Positions 54,267 through 64,000 of a stretch of 64,000 bases of DNA are shown one piece after another. This DNA comes from a virus. Numbering within the stretch: position 1 is the first letter of the stretch; each line of letters opens with the position of its first letter. The notes under the pieces are model-generated. The model had not been told where the DNA came from, did no database searches, and saw nothing but the letters and a program-made list of their open reading frames with translations. Both the position numbers and the translations under genes were made by a program. Location of the stretch: positions 102,303-166,302 of IMG/VR virus record IMGVR_UViG_3300045971_000356, one strand, 5' to 3'.

Positions 54267-54581
54267 ATGCTAATCAAATCTAATTTAATACCACAACCAT
54301 TTTGGGCATTTACTGTTTGGCCGTTTATCGTTGTTCGTCCAGAACATGCAGACGACAAGGGAATTATTGCGCACGAAAACGTGCACTTTAAAGAGCAAGC
54401 ATGGATAACACCAATTTGGTGGCTGCGTTATGCTTTGTCTAAAAAATTCCGCGTTGATGCTGAAGTAAGGGCATACAAAGCGCAGATAAATATGAATGTA
54501 CTTACTGTTGAACAAGCTGCACAATGACTCATGAAATATGACTCGACTCTTACATTAGCTGACGCTATTAAAAGGTTTTAA
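54267..54581 (+). CDS. HExxH protein with an internal TGA at 54525-54527
   Basis: AHENVH...EVRAY; the frame continues LMKYDSTLTLADAIKRF to a TAATG junction with the next gene. Confidence 0.6.
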
Positions 54582-57500
54582 TGTCACAACTTATTTGGTT
54601 AACCCCACCGGGGCTCATTAACAAAATTCCTGAAGAGGAATACTATGAGTTCCAACTTGATGCGTACAATACTAACGGTGGTGATTTAAAATTCACTATC
54701 ATCGCTGGTAAGTTACCTGGTGGGCTACAGTTATTTAGGTCTGGGTTAATTCAAGGTATTCCAATCATCGAGAAAATATCAGGCACTGCACCTGAGTTTA
54801 CTTTTAAGTTTACAGTTCGTGCCACAACCACCGCCGGCAAGGTAAGCGATAGAACATTTAGTTTAACCATTAACTCAATCGCGTTACCACAAATTGTTCC
54901 AAAGAATGTTTCGCTTGGCACAGTGTTTGATGGTGAATATTTAGACTTACAATTAATTGCCCTTGATCCACATCCGTTAACTCCACTGACTTGGGAAATA
55001 ACCAGTGGGTCATTACCCAATGGCACCACTATGTCATCTGATGGCAGAATTACAGGATATGTATTACCGTCATATGTAGATAATCCAAACGTCAGATTAG
55101 GGTGGGGCACAACTGGCTGGGACTATGTGTCGTGGGATCAAAGTACATTAACGTCACAAACATTAACATATAGGTTTACTGTCGATGTTTACGATGGCTC
55201 ACGACGTGATAATGCTATGTACACCATGCTGGTGCAAGCAAAAGGGTTATATACCGCCGACAATACATTAATCGATATATCCGGCACAAATATTTTAGCA
55301 AGCACAGATAATTCACACAATCCGTTTATTACAACGTTACCACAGTCGTTGCCAACACAACGGCAGTTAACTAACTTTGCGTTCAAAGTAGATGGAATAG
55401 ACTTAGACGGCGACGTACTTGAGTATCATCTAATTACCAGTGATGCCGACACGTATGATGCAAGTCCGTTTGATTCTGTGGGATTCGAAAATGTCGATTA
55501 TTCAGTTCCCGATCTCGTAATAGATCCAGTTACTGGTTGGTTGTCTGGCGTTATGCCTGCCCAAGTTGAAGATGTGAAAACATATACTTTCCAAGTTGAA
55601 TGTTTTAAGCGTGACTATTCAATTGTACGTAGTGAGCCAGTTACATTCAAATTGACTATTTTAGGTGATACTGGCAACATTATCACTTGGGTTACGCCGG
55701 CTAACTTGGGAGAGATTGTAAATGGAGAGATTAGCAGTTTACGTATTGCCGCTGCATCTACTCGTAACAAAGTATTAAACTATCGTATTCAAGAAGGTTC
55801 ACCAAACCCGCCTAACATATTACCATCAGATGAAGTAATAACATACACCCCTAACAATGCAAGCAAGTTACCGCAAGGGTTAAAACTGTTACCTAACGGA
55901 TTAATTGTAGGCAGGTCGACATTCGAATATTTTAGCCTTGATGGTGGAACTACTACATTAGATAGCAGTACGACAAGTTACGATAGAACATTTACATTTA
56001 CGGTAACTGCTTCTGACGGCGAGTATTATTTCTACGCTGATTCTAAGACTGGGAACACTGTTATAGTGTATCACTTTGATGAGTTACCTGAAAAAATAGT
56101 ATCGGAAAATTTGTTTTTAGCAGCTAACCCAACAGTAATATCAAGCAAAACGTTTACAGTTAAAGTTAGAAATGTTAACAAAGCACCGTACGAAAATTTG
56201 TATTTACGCGCATTCTTGCCTAAAACAAAAATGGACGACTTTAATGCGTTAATGAGTAATCCTGATATCTTTCCAGCAGAGTTAATTTACAGAGCAGAAG
56301 ATCCATGGTACGGAAAAGCAACTCAAGTTAAAGTATTGTTTGCGTCGGGACTGACTGCATCTAATGTAGAGACTTACGCTAATACGGTGCACACGAGTCA
56401 CTACAATAAGTTCGTGGACTTTAAAGACATCAAGACAGCAGTGGCGTTAGATGAAAACTTTAACCCTATCTACGAAGTAGTGTATGTTGAAGTTATAGAC
56501 AACTTGACAGTCAATGGCAAATCAATATCTCGAGTAATGGATCGTAGTAGTGAAGTGAAGGGAATTTACACTAATGCCCCATATAACATAGTGTATCCAA
56601 ATAGTTTTGATAACATGAAGGAAAACGTTGTATACTTTACTCACTACACTAACCGCGGAGCACTTCCAGATTGGATGTTGGATCAGCAAGAGAACGGTAG
56701 AATTTTAGGATTTACCCGTGGATTTATATTGGCATATACAGTGCCAGGAGCCAGCAAGTTAATCGCTTATAGATTACTCCACTCTGGGTTCTCGTTCAAT
56801 AACCTAGATTTCCTTGCTGACAGATATCAACTTGATAACTACTTGAGCAAAAACTACAGCATACCTGACACTGCGTTTATTCCATCGCTGGAAACGACGT
56901 TTGATAGGTTGCCACCCGCAGGTGGCCCGCACCCATACGCTGGCGCAGTAGACATAGCAGTGATGTTGCCATTTGACGAGATTAATGGTAGGACACTTGA
57001 CTACTTGACAAGGAAGGGTGGTATTAACGGTACAATGCCGCTGCGTGAAGGTATGACGTTAGTGTTTGCGAAGCAAGAAAACTTCACTAACGTTTTTGAG
57101 CAGTCCACAGTAACTGACGTATATGATACAAGTAACTACGATGCGTTAAGTTTTAATGCGTCTATAGTTGCACCAGAATACAACTCACCAAACAATGGAT
57201 GGAATATTGAACTGAGCATTTACGACTCAGAACGTTATGCACAAGGTAGTTATACAGGTAGATACCCATATTACGACAACGTAGACGATGGATATTTTGA
57301 TCCAACTTTTTACGACGATGCAAAATATGATCGAGCAGCAGTAGTCCCAGGCTATTTGGAGAGCATTATGAACCCGGCCGTGTTTAACGAGCGTGGTGGC
57401 ATTTGGAAAGTAACAATAACAAGTGAAAATGTTGTTATCTTGGAACCAGTTATACGCTACAATGCAGCGGGTAATAGGATGAGCACTGTACAGCCAAACG

Positions 57501-57745
57501 AGTATGTGCAGGTGTCTGCTAATAGTAAAATTTACGGTGGCTGCAAAATCTTTTACGACACAGTAGCAAAGCCAGGTAACACAATGCCTGAATACTCGCT
57601 GCTTACTATCAAGAATATGACCATGCAGGAATCAACGTATTTTGATGGTGGTAAAACACGATTCTTTAATAACGTGGACATGTATGCACCACCAGAAACT
57701 GACGATAAATACTTGAAATTCCCTAAGACAAATATCTACGTGTAA
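54581..57745 (+). CDS. Virion structural protein with Ig-like repeats (baseplate-type)
   Basis: Repeated W.TP.G, G.LP.GL.L...G.I.G and F.FTV.A motifs. Confidence 0.8.
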   Translation: MSQLIWLTPPGLINKIPEEEYYEFQLDAYNTNGGDLKFTIIAGKLPGGLQLFRSGLIQGIPIIEKISGTAPEFTFKFTVRATTTAGKVSDRTFSLTINSIALPQIVPKNVSLGTVFDGEYLDLQLIALDPHPLTPLTWEITSGSLPNGTTMSSDGRITGYVLPSYVDNPNVRLGWGTTGWDYVSWDQSTLTSQTLTYRFTVDVYDGSRRDNAMYTMLVQAKGLYTADNTLIDISGTNILASTDNSHNPFITTLPQSLPTQRQLTNFAFKVDGIDLDGDVLEYHLITSDADTYDASPFDSVGFENVDYSVPDLVIDPVTGWLSGVMPAQVEDVKTYTFQVECFKRDYSIVRSEPVTFKLTILGDTGNIITWVTPANLGEIVNGEISSLRIAAASTRNKVLNYRIQEGSPNPPNILPSDEVITYTPNNASKLPQGLKLLPNGLIVGRSTFEYFSLDGGTTTLDSSTTSYDRTFTFTVTASDGEYYFYADSKTGNTVIVYHFDELPEKIVSENLFLAANPTVISSKTFTVKVRNVNKAPYENLYLRAFLPKTKMDDFNALMSNPDIFPAELIYRAEDPWYGKATQVKVLFASGLTASNVETYANTVHTSHYNKFVDFKDIKTAVALDENFNPIYEVVYVEVIDNLTVNGKSISRVMDRSSEVKGIYTNAPYNIVYPNSFDNMKENVVYFTHYTNRGALPDWMLDQQENGRILGFTRGFILAYTVPGASKLIAYRLLHSGFSFNNLDFLADRYQLDNYLSKNYSIPDTAFIPSLETTFDRLPPAGGPHPYAGAVDIAVMLPFDEINGRTLDYLTRKGGINGTMPLREGMTLVFAKQENFTNVFEQSTVTDVYDTSNYDALSFNASIVAPEYNSPNNGWNIELSIYDSERYAQGSYTGRYPYYDNVDDGYFDPTFYDDAKYDRAAVVPGYLESIMNPAVFNERGGIWKVTITSENVVILEPVIRYNAAGNRMSTVQPNEYVQVSANSKIYGGCKIFYDTVAKPGNTMPEYSLLTIKNMTMQESTYFDGGKTRFFNNVDMYAPPETDDKYLKFPKTNIYV

Positions 57746-57783
57746 TAGTAAATTGACTAAATATAAGATACAAGGAAAACTTT

Positions 57784-58380
57784 ATGAGTTCAAACATTAA
57801 CCCAGCAGCGATAAACGGTGCTTACCCAATCGCAGGCCAAGACAACGATTCTCAAGGATTTCGTGACAATTTCACGAACATCCGTAATAACTTAGCATCA
57901 GCAAAGTTAGAGATTGAAGAGTTACAAACTAAAGCAGTATTGAAATCTGCATTGATTAGCAGCGGTGTAGCAGATAATAATTTTGGTGGTTCTATACTCC
58001 GCAATGCAAAAGCAGTAAGTTTTACCAAACCAGCATATCAAATTTTGACCACAACTGGCATCGTTTCTGTAGCATACGCAAATGGTGACTTCCAATATTT
58101 TGATACAACTGGCGCAGTAGACCTTATTTTTGACGCATCGTGGCCTACAGGCACTGCGACTTACTCATCGTTTCGTGTATTAGTTAATGTTACCGACCTT
58201 GCTCATACCATTACGTTAGATCCAAAAGTTACAATCGGCGCGGCAAACGTGCCTGGTGCTGCTCCTGGGTCAATCATTACTGCGCCAGTAACTGGGCATT
58301 ACATGTTTGAGTTTAGCACGTATGACGGTGGTTTGAATGTTATCGTTAGCACGTTAAACTGGCCACAAGCGTTAGTTTAA
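57784..58380 (+). CDS. Virion structural protein
   Basis: YPIAGQDNDSQGFRDNF; follows late genes. Confidence 0.7.
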   Translation: MSSNINPAAINGAYPIAGQDNDSQGFRDNFTNIRNNLASAKLEIEELQTKAVLKSALISSGVADNNFGGSILRNAKAVSFTKPAYQILTTTGIVSVAYANGDFQYFDTTGAVDLIFDASWPTGTATYSSFRVLVNVTDLAHTITLDPKVTIGAANVPGAAPGSIITAPVTGHYMFEFSTYDGGLNVIVSTLNWPQALV

Positions 58381-58444
58381 CCAATTACGTTGACTCCTGA
58401 AGCGAGTTTTGCTATCATTGCAGAACTTATTCAGGAGTTTCATT

Positions 58445-58879
58445 TTGCAAATTGATTTAAACAAATATACAGAGTTCGTAGAAGCGATCACAAGTAAAGA
58501 GAGTAACGATTTGACATCGTTTATGGACAGTTTGGACGCATTAGATGCAAACTACGATGACAAGACAGACACATATGGTCCAGATGTCAATGTTCCACTT
58601 TTACTAACTTCAGCAATGGGAATGTGTGGCGAGGCAGGCGAATTTTCAGAGATCTTCAAGAAAGTTGTTTTCCACCGTAAGCCGTTCACTGAAGAAACCC
58701 ACGCTCATGCTGTAAAAGAACTGGGTGACATCATATTTTACTGGACTAACGCATGTCGTGCACTCGGAGTAGACCCCAACGATGTGATTAAAGGTAATGT
58801 TGACAAATTGTCTGCCAGATACCCTGGCGGGGTATTTTCAGCAGAACGATCTGAAAATCGTGAAGTGGGCGATGTGTAG
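58445..58879 (+). CDS. mazG: MazG-like nucleotide pyrophosphohydrolase
   Basis: GEAGEF.E..KK...KELGD..N..KL..RY; AGGAG before a TTG start. Confidence 0.85.
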   Translation: MQIDLNKYTEFVEAITSKESNDLTSFMDSLDALDANYDDKTDTYGPDVNVPLLLTSAMGMCGEAGEFSEIFKKVVFHRKPFTEETHAHAVKELGDIIFYWTNACRALGVDPNDVIKGNVDKLSARYPGGVFSAERSENREVGDV

Positions 58880-58933
58880 CCAAGCGATGTGATCCCGTTA
58901 CTTAAATTTTTACATAAAGCAGAGGAGTGAACT

Positions 58934-59179
58934 ATGAGTTTTCATCCATTAGTAGGCGACTTAACACAACTTACAACAGACGAGCTCCACAAAAAGTTCG
59001 CTGACTTGAACAAACGCATTAGTCAAGCGTATGGTATGGGCATGAGTGATGCTGTGCAGCAACTACAGATGATTTTGGAAAGTTACCGTTACGAGATTGC
59101 TTTGCGTAATCAGAAGATGATGGAAGAAATGGCCAATAAAACGGCTGAGTTTAAACACATTATTGACATTGGGCGGTAA
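58934..59179 (+). CDS. Hypothetical phage protein
   Basis: GAGGAG RBS; FHPL motif. Confidence 0.75.
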   Translation: MSFHPLVGDLTQLTTDELHKKFADLNKRISQAYGMGMSDAVQQLQMILESYRYEIALRNQKMMEEMANKTAEFKHIIDIGR

Positions 59180-59181
59180 TC

Positions 59182-59421
59182 ATGCCAAAGCGGGTAGGCA
59201 AGGCAAAGCGCGAATTGTGGAAAGCGTTAACACGACTACCACAAAATGACTTACCTAAGAAAATAAGAAACCCATCCTGGGTATATTCATCGCCAATAAT
59301 AATAATTGGGAAAGATGAGTATGAGAAGATGTTCCTCATCAAAAGTTCAGACGAAATAAAAAACGGCATTGACGCAGAACTTATGGCTACACTAACTTTA
59401 AAGAAGCTGCCATGGAAGTAG
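59182..59421 (+). CDS. Hypothetical protein
   Basis: Operon packing. Confidence 0.55.
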   Translation: MPKRVGKAKRELWKALTRLPQNDLPKKIRNPSWVYSSPIIIIGKDEYEKMFLIKSSDEIKNGIDAELMATLTLKKLPWK

Positions 59422-59948
59422 ATAAATTTGGGGTCGCTCATCAAAACACAAACGAGTTATGCGACTTGCTGTATTGTGACCCGTCAGCAGACTTGTATAA
59501 AGCGTTGGTTGACGATCCAGAAGAATTCAACGTAAGCGTTAAAAAACTGTATTGCGACATCAAGCCACTACAAAAATATACAATCTTCCACCGTCTCGCA
59601 GGACAAACGTTTGAAGATCAACTACACGACTTTGACACTGCTAATCAAGAGCAATGGCTGATGCCAGAAAAATACAAGAAACTTGACATAGCAGAGTGGT
59701 TGATTAAGCAATGCGCGAACGAGGAAGAACTTCAACGTGTGGGCATGGAGTTACTCATGTATCAAGATCGTGGGCTAATGCCACTGCTAAAGTATATGAA
59801 GTATTTAGTGGATCATTTTAGAGAAAATGGTGTAATTTGGGGTGTTGGCCGCGGAAGTAGCACTGCGTCATTTGTATTATTTCTTATCGGAATTCATAAA
59901 ATTAATGCCCTATACTACGACCTTGACATCAATGAATTTCTTAAATAA
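59412..59948 (+). CDS. Stand-alone DNA polymerase III alpha (DnaE) fragment
   Basis: RV..EL...WGVGRGSSTAS.VL.LIGI..I. Confidence 0.8.
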   Translation: MEVDKFGVAHQNTNELCDLLYCDPSADLYKALVDDPEEFNVSVKKLYCDIKPLQKYTIFHRLAGQTFEDQLHDFDTANQEQWLMPEKYKKLDIAEWLIKQCANEEELQRVGMELLMYQDRGLMPLLKYMKYLVDHFRENGVIWGVGRGSSTASFVLFLIGIHKINALYYDLDINEFLK

Positions 59949-60555
59949 CAAATATACCATTTGGTATGAAAATATTGTTGCTAATGCAAAGTCCAGAGCA
60001 ACCACAGTATATGTTGAAAAACATCACATCATTCCCAAATCATTGGGCGGAACTGACGACACAAACAACCTTGTGTCACTGACTGCCCGTGAGCATTTTA
60101 TAAGTCATTGGTTACTTGTAAAAATGACAACAGGGACAGAGAAAACTAAAATGATGTATGCTTTATTTTGCATGCGTCGGAATAGCAACAGCAAAAAACA
60201 AGAAAGATATAGTTCGAATATCACTAGTAGAGTTTATCAATATTATAAAACTGAATTTATTCAACGTCATTCACAAACTTTAACTGGGAAGACTTGGAGC
60301 GGAACTAGCGATCATAAAGCAAATAGATTAAAAAATGCGCAGTTGTCAATGCATTCTCCAGAGGCTAGAGCTAAACGATCTCAATCAATGCAGGGCAAAA
60401 ATACAGGCCCAATGACTGAGGCTGGCAAAGCTAAAATGTCTGCTGCGAAAAAAGGTCACACTTGGGAAGAGATTTATGGTATTGAAGGTGCGATGAAGAA
60501 AAGAGAAATGCGAAAAATTAAAGCCCATGCAAGAAACGCAATAAATACAAGATAA
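59932..60555 (+). CDS. HNH homing endonuclease with NUMOD3-like tail
   Basis: EKHHIIPKSLGG.D..NNLV.LTAREHF..H. Confidence 0.85.
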   Translation: MNFLNNKYTIWYENIVANAKSRATTVYVEKHHIIPKSLGGTDDTNNLVSLTAREHFISHWLLVKMTTGTEKTKMMYALFCMRRNSNSKKQERYSSNITSRVYQYYKTEFIQRHSQTLTGKTWSGTSDHKANRLKNAQLSMHSPEARAKRSQSMQGKNTGPMTEAGKAKMSAAKKGHTWEEIYGIEGAMKKREMRKIKAHARNAINTR

Positions 60556-60570
60556 CAGTAGGACACAAAT

Positions 60571-61221
60571 ATGGGAAACGTATACAGAACAGCAAACGGT
60601 CGTCAAGTTGACGCTGACGGCATTAGGTTAGCAAACGAGCATGTTATTGCACTTGGTAACTTACGAGTAAATGCTCGTGGCGATGAACTTGGTCCAGGCG
60701 GACGAGTAGTTAAGACTCGTGACCAGGTTATGAAGGAATACTATTCATTAAACACTCCAACTGCAATGGACATGGTAATCCCTGTTACTCCACCGCCAGT
60801 TGTTGCACCCGTGAATAAACCAGTAGTTATTGCCCCAAAAGTTGAAGAAATTGTGCAGTTTAATCCCAATTCAGGCATCGATCCTGAAGATTTTGCCCCA
60901 ATTCCTCAGCCTTCTCCAGCACCAGTAGCCAAGCCAGCACCTGTTGTAAAAATGGTGCCGGATATTATCGAAGCGCCTGTCGCAGTGGTTCCAGAAATAA
61001 TTCAGCCGGTTGTAGTCGTTGCACCAGCAGTGGTGCCTGTTGTTCCTGCACCTGTTGCAGTGGCACCAAAAATAACATCGCCTATTACAGCAAAGCCTGC
61101 GGAGCAACCAACAGCACCACTTATTCGTGGCAGTTTGGCAAGCGCAGTGGCAAAGAAGACTCGCGTTGAGCAAGTAGAAAAATTACCGTTAAACAAAGCA
61201 AACGGCGTTCAAAGATTTTAA
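60571..61221 (+). CDS. Phage protein with a Pro/Val/Ala-rich linker
   Basis: YRTANG...VNARGDELGPGG; late promoter at 60541. Confidence 0.75.
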   Translation: MGNVYRTANGRQVDADGIRLANEHVIALGNLRVNARGDELGPGGRVVKTRDQVMKEYYSLNTPTAMDMVIPVTPPPVVAPVNKPVVIAPKVEEIVQFNPNSGIDPEDFAPIPQPSPAPVAKPAPVVKMVPDIIEAPVAVVPEIIQPVVVVAPAVVPVVPAPVAVAPKITSPITAKPAEQPTAPLIRGSLASAVAKKTRVEQVEKLPLNKANGVQRF

Positions 61222-61236
61222 TAACAGGAGCATCCA

Positions 61237-61605
61237 TTGACAACAGCACTTCCAAGCGCATTAGCGCCTATCGAGATTACCGGCCTTCATCCAATCCGTG
61301 ACCACGTATTGATTGAAGACATGTCGTTCACTGAACGATTTACTTCAGGTGGCATCTTCCTTCCATCTGACGACGGTAAAGCACAAGGCATTCGTCCACG
61401 CTGGGGTAAAGTTTTTGCTGTAGGTCCAGATCAAGTTGACGTGCAAGTTGGTCAATATATCTGTGTTGCCCACGGCAGGTGGACTCGTGCTATTAAAATC
61501 AAAGACTCTACAGGAATACATGAAATTCGGCGCGTCGACAACGACGATATTCTTCTTATTTCTGATGAGCCCGTGTCAGACGACACAATGGGCAGACCAC
61601 TTTAA
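61237..61605 (+). CDS. groES: Co-chaperonin GroES-like protein
   Basis: PIRDHVL...T.GGI.L...G.V.AVGP..V.VG. Confidence 0.85.
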   Translation: MTTALPSALAPIEITGLHPIRDHVLIEDMSFTERFTSGGIFLPSDDGKAQGIRPRWGKVFAVGPDQVDVQVGQYICVAHGRWTRAIKIKDSTGIHEIRRVDNDDILLISDEPVSDDTMGRPL

Positions 61606-61670
61606 CCATTATACTTGAAAAGTTATCTGCTTGTTAGCTATAATAACAGACAGATAACTTAAGGATCAGC

Positions 61671-62603
61671 ATGTCAGAAATCAATTCACTTTGGGTGGAA
61701 AAATATCGCCCACCAACGTTAGACGGATATGTCTTTCAAAATGAAGAGCAAAGAGCACAAATACAATCTTGGGTAGATGCAAAGTCCATTCCAAATTTAT
61801 TGTTTAGCGGTAGTGCCGGAATTGGTAAAACAACGGTTGCTAAAATTTTAATCAACGCACTTGGCATGGACGAGTTTGACGTGTTAGTGGCAAATGGGTC
61901 AAAGGAAGGTAGAAAGATTGAATGGGTCAACAAACTCATTAATTTTTGCCAAACTATGCCATTTGGAGATATGAAGATTGTGCTAATTGACGAAGCTGAT
62001 TACATGAACAATCAATCCGTACAACCAGCATTGCGTAACTTGATGGAAGAATACAGTAGCACAGTTCGATTTATTTTAACGTGCAACTACCCACACAAAA
62101 TCATCCCAGCAATACATAGCAGGTGCCAAGGTTTTCACATTGACAAAATTGACCACACTGAATTTACTGCTCGTGTTGCGACAGTGTTAGTCACTGAAAA
62201 CATTGCATTTGATTTGGACACGCTCGACAGCTATGTAAAGGCAACATATCCAGACTTGCGCAAATGCCTTAACTCATGCCAACAAAACTCATCATCTGGC
62301 ACATTACGCACACCAACAAGCGGATCATCGTCAGCTGATTACAAGTTAGCAATGGTTGATTTGTTTAAGAAGGGTAAAGTGCGTGAAGCACGTACATTAA
62401 TTTGCAGCAACGTGGATACAGAGGAAATTGACGATATATTCCGCTGGATGTATGACAACTTGGATATCTGGAGTAAAACAGACCAAGGCCAAGACGCAGC
62501 TATTCTGATTATTCGGCAAGGGTTGTTGAACCATGCTGCAATTGGAGATGCTGAGGTAAACTTGTCAGCGACATTGACTGAGTTGTCACAAATTGAAAGT
62601 TAA
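61671..62603 (+). CDS. Clamp loader large subunit (RFC / T4 gp44-like)
   Basis: WVEKYRP, GSAGIGKTT, DEAD, SRC. Confidence 0.93.
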   Translation: MSEINSLWVEKYRPPTLDGYVFQNEEQRAQIQSWVDAKSIPNLLFSGSAGIGKTTVAKILINALGMDEFDVLVANGSKEGRKIEWVNKLINFCQTMPFGDMKIVLIDEADYMNNQSVQPALRNLMEEYSSTVRFILTCNYPHKIIPAIHSRCQGFHIDKIDHTEFTARVATVLVTENIAFDLDTLDSYVKATYPDLRKCLNSCQQNSSSGTLRTPTSGSSSADYKLAMVDLFKKGKVREARTLICSNVDTEEIDDIFRWMYDNLDIWSKTDQGQDAAILIIRQGLLNHAAIGDAEVNLSATLTELSQIES

Positions 62604-62604
62604 C

Positions 62605-62931
62605 ATGAAACAAAAACCAATTTACCTTATTGCCACTTACTCAGCAAAACCCAAGAACCCAAAAATGACCCACATTAAGGGTTACATGTCAGACCCGGCA
62701 AACATTGCTTGGGATGAACAAGTGCATCTTACTCGCGGACTAAAAAATCGTGACGCAATGAACGCTCGCATCTTGTTGAACATTACAGAGCAGAAGGTTG
62801 AGAAAAACACAATTGGTGGTAACAAATCCTTCATTGAGTTGTTTGAATATTTCTACACTAACTCCTCTAAAGAGATCAGCGGCGCATTGCGTCAACTTGG
62901 TGTCACTGTGCCTGAAGCAACGCAAGCATAA
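62605..62931 (+). CDS. Hypothetical protein
   Basis: ATG directly after the clamp loader stop. Confidence 0.7.
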   Translation: MKQKPIYLIATYSAKPKNPKMTHIKGYMSDPANIAWDEQVHLTRGLKNRDAMNARILLNITEQKVEKNTIGGNKSFIELFEYFYTNSSKEISGALRQLGVTVPEATQA

Positions 62932-62938
62932 ATATCAG

Positions 62939-63520
62939 ATGAAGGCAAATGAAATATTAGAGGCATTTAATGCAGGCAGAATGCCGGCAATCAAATCTGA
63001 TGATTATCAAGAATCTTACCTTCCTATTTTGCAAAAAGCAAAAAAGTTAGCTGATGTTAGAAAAAATTTAGAACTGTTTTGCTATGCTAACAAAATTTAT
63101 TTGTTAGTTAAAGATGAAGAAGTAATTGTTGGGAATTTGAACTTATCACCACAAAACATCGCAGGTAAAGAATATTTGCATGTAGATGGGATCTTTGTGC
63201 GGGAAGAATATAGAAAAACCGCAGCACTTTATTGGTTATTATATTCGGTTAAAGAAGTCTTAAAGAGAACCCCAGTCATTGCCGACGGCGCAATGTTTAC
63301 CGACGGGCAAGCACTGATACGAGCGATTCAAGACCATAGTATGTTTAACGCACACAAGTTGAATAAAGACACAGGTGAAAAATCCGAGTTGACTGGTCTA
63401 ATCACCAGCGATGTATATTGCTATATCTTTGAATCAACGAAACTTGGATTTGGTAAACACTTCTTCGAAGGTACAACTTTACCATTTATTTGGTACCCAC
63501 TATTCGAGGAATTGCCATGA
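62939..63520 (+). CDS. Possible GNAT-like protein with capsid-targeting-like tag
   Basis: ATAAATA-N4-ATG; MKANEILE; VDGIFVREEYRK. Confidence 0.55.
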   Translation: MKANEILEAFNAGRMPAIKSDDYQESYLPILQKAKKLADVRKNLELFCYANKIYLLVKDEEVIVGNLNLSPQNIAGKEYLHVDGIFVREEYRKTAALYWLLYSVKEVLKRTPVIADGAMFTDGQALIRAIQDHSMFNAHKLNKDTGEKSELTGLITSDVYCYIFESTKLGFGKHFFEGTTLPFIWYPLFEELP

Positions 63521-63762
63521 GCTCAATGTTTGCTAAAATGTATGCGGTAAAGAAAAAGCGGGTCCGCGACCCTTCTTTACCGCCACCCCCAAATTTGCTG
63601 TCGCACGACAAGACAATCCGCGGGATCAACATGACGCTTGAGCAGACACAGGCAATTGTGCAGCAACAGGCAGATGAGCTCAGATCTGTCAAAAATAAGC
63701 TGAGTCAAGCCATGTATCGTATAGAATTGCTCACAAATTACATGCGAAACAGCAGAAAATAG
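63517..63762 (+). CDS. Coiled-coil hypothetical protein
   Basis: GAGGA RBS; ATGA overlap. Confidence 0.65.
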   Translation: MSSMFAKMYAVKKKRVRDPSLPPPPNLLSHDKTIRGINMTLEQTQAIVQQQADELRSVKNKLSQAMYRIELLTNYMRNSRK

Positions 63763-63834
63763 CGTTTTTAGGCTTGACTGTCAAGCGTTTTGGCTGTATA
63801 ATACAGACATACGCAGAAACAAACGGAGTTTAAA

Positions 63835-64000
63835 ATGACAGTTACAGTTAAACAAGTTAAAGACGCACTGGGTACAACCGGTAGCAAAGTTTCCAAGCTT
63901 AAAAACGGTAACGTCATGGTGCGTCGCGGTTACTTTTACCGCAATGGCATGGACGATGTCGCGTTCAACAACCTAGTCGTTAACGCACTGCAAAAGGCAG
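63835..64000 (+). CDS. Early protein (partial)
   Basis: Promoter 63774-63802 and GGAG RBS. Confidence 0.65.
   Translation, partial: MTVTVKQVKDALGTTGSKVSKLKNGNVMVRRGYFYRNGMDDVAFNNLVVNALQKA

Noticed and set aside
1-64000. Alternative genetic code
   Set aside because: All three stops end well-conserved genes at the expected positions, and coding density is high under the standard code

Overview
A 64 kb segment of a large lytic tailed dsDNA phage with T4-like gene logic. Genes are dense and mostly on the + strand, with sigma70-type early promoters and ATAAATA late promoters. Recognisable content: an NAD+ salvage pair (NAMPT and NMNAT-Nudix) with a macrodomain gene; RNA repair genes (two RNA ligases, a kinase and two HAD phosphatases); DNA ligase, clamp loader, a DnaE fragment, MazG, GroES, IF-1 and a bL12-like protein; tail fibre and baseplate genes; and an array of probable capsid-packaged cargo proteins sharing a T4 IP-like N-terminal tag. 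The most striking pattern is seven free-standing homing endonuclease genes (HEGs) plus one remnant. Five are antisense and lie inside host genes without an intron or intein. They either supply a diverged replacement copy of the gene end they disrupt, leaving the old end as a relic (NAMPT, Rnl1-like ligase, SWIM protein), or split an RNA ligase in two and provide a promoter for the second half. Two of these HEGs share a covarying structured leader. A separate G-ATAGA-C hairpin precedes the NAD genes. All family calls are by motif recognition only; no searches were run.
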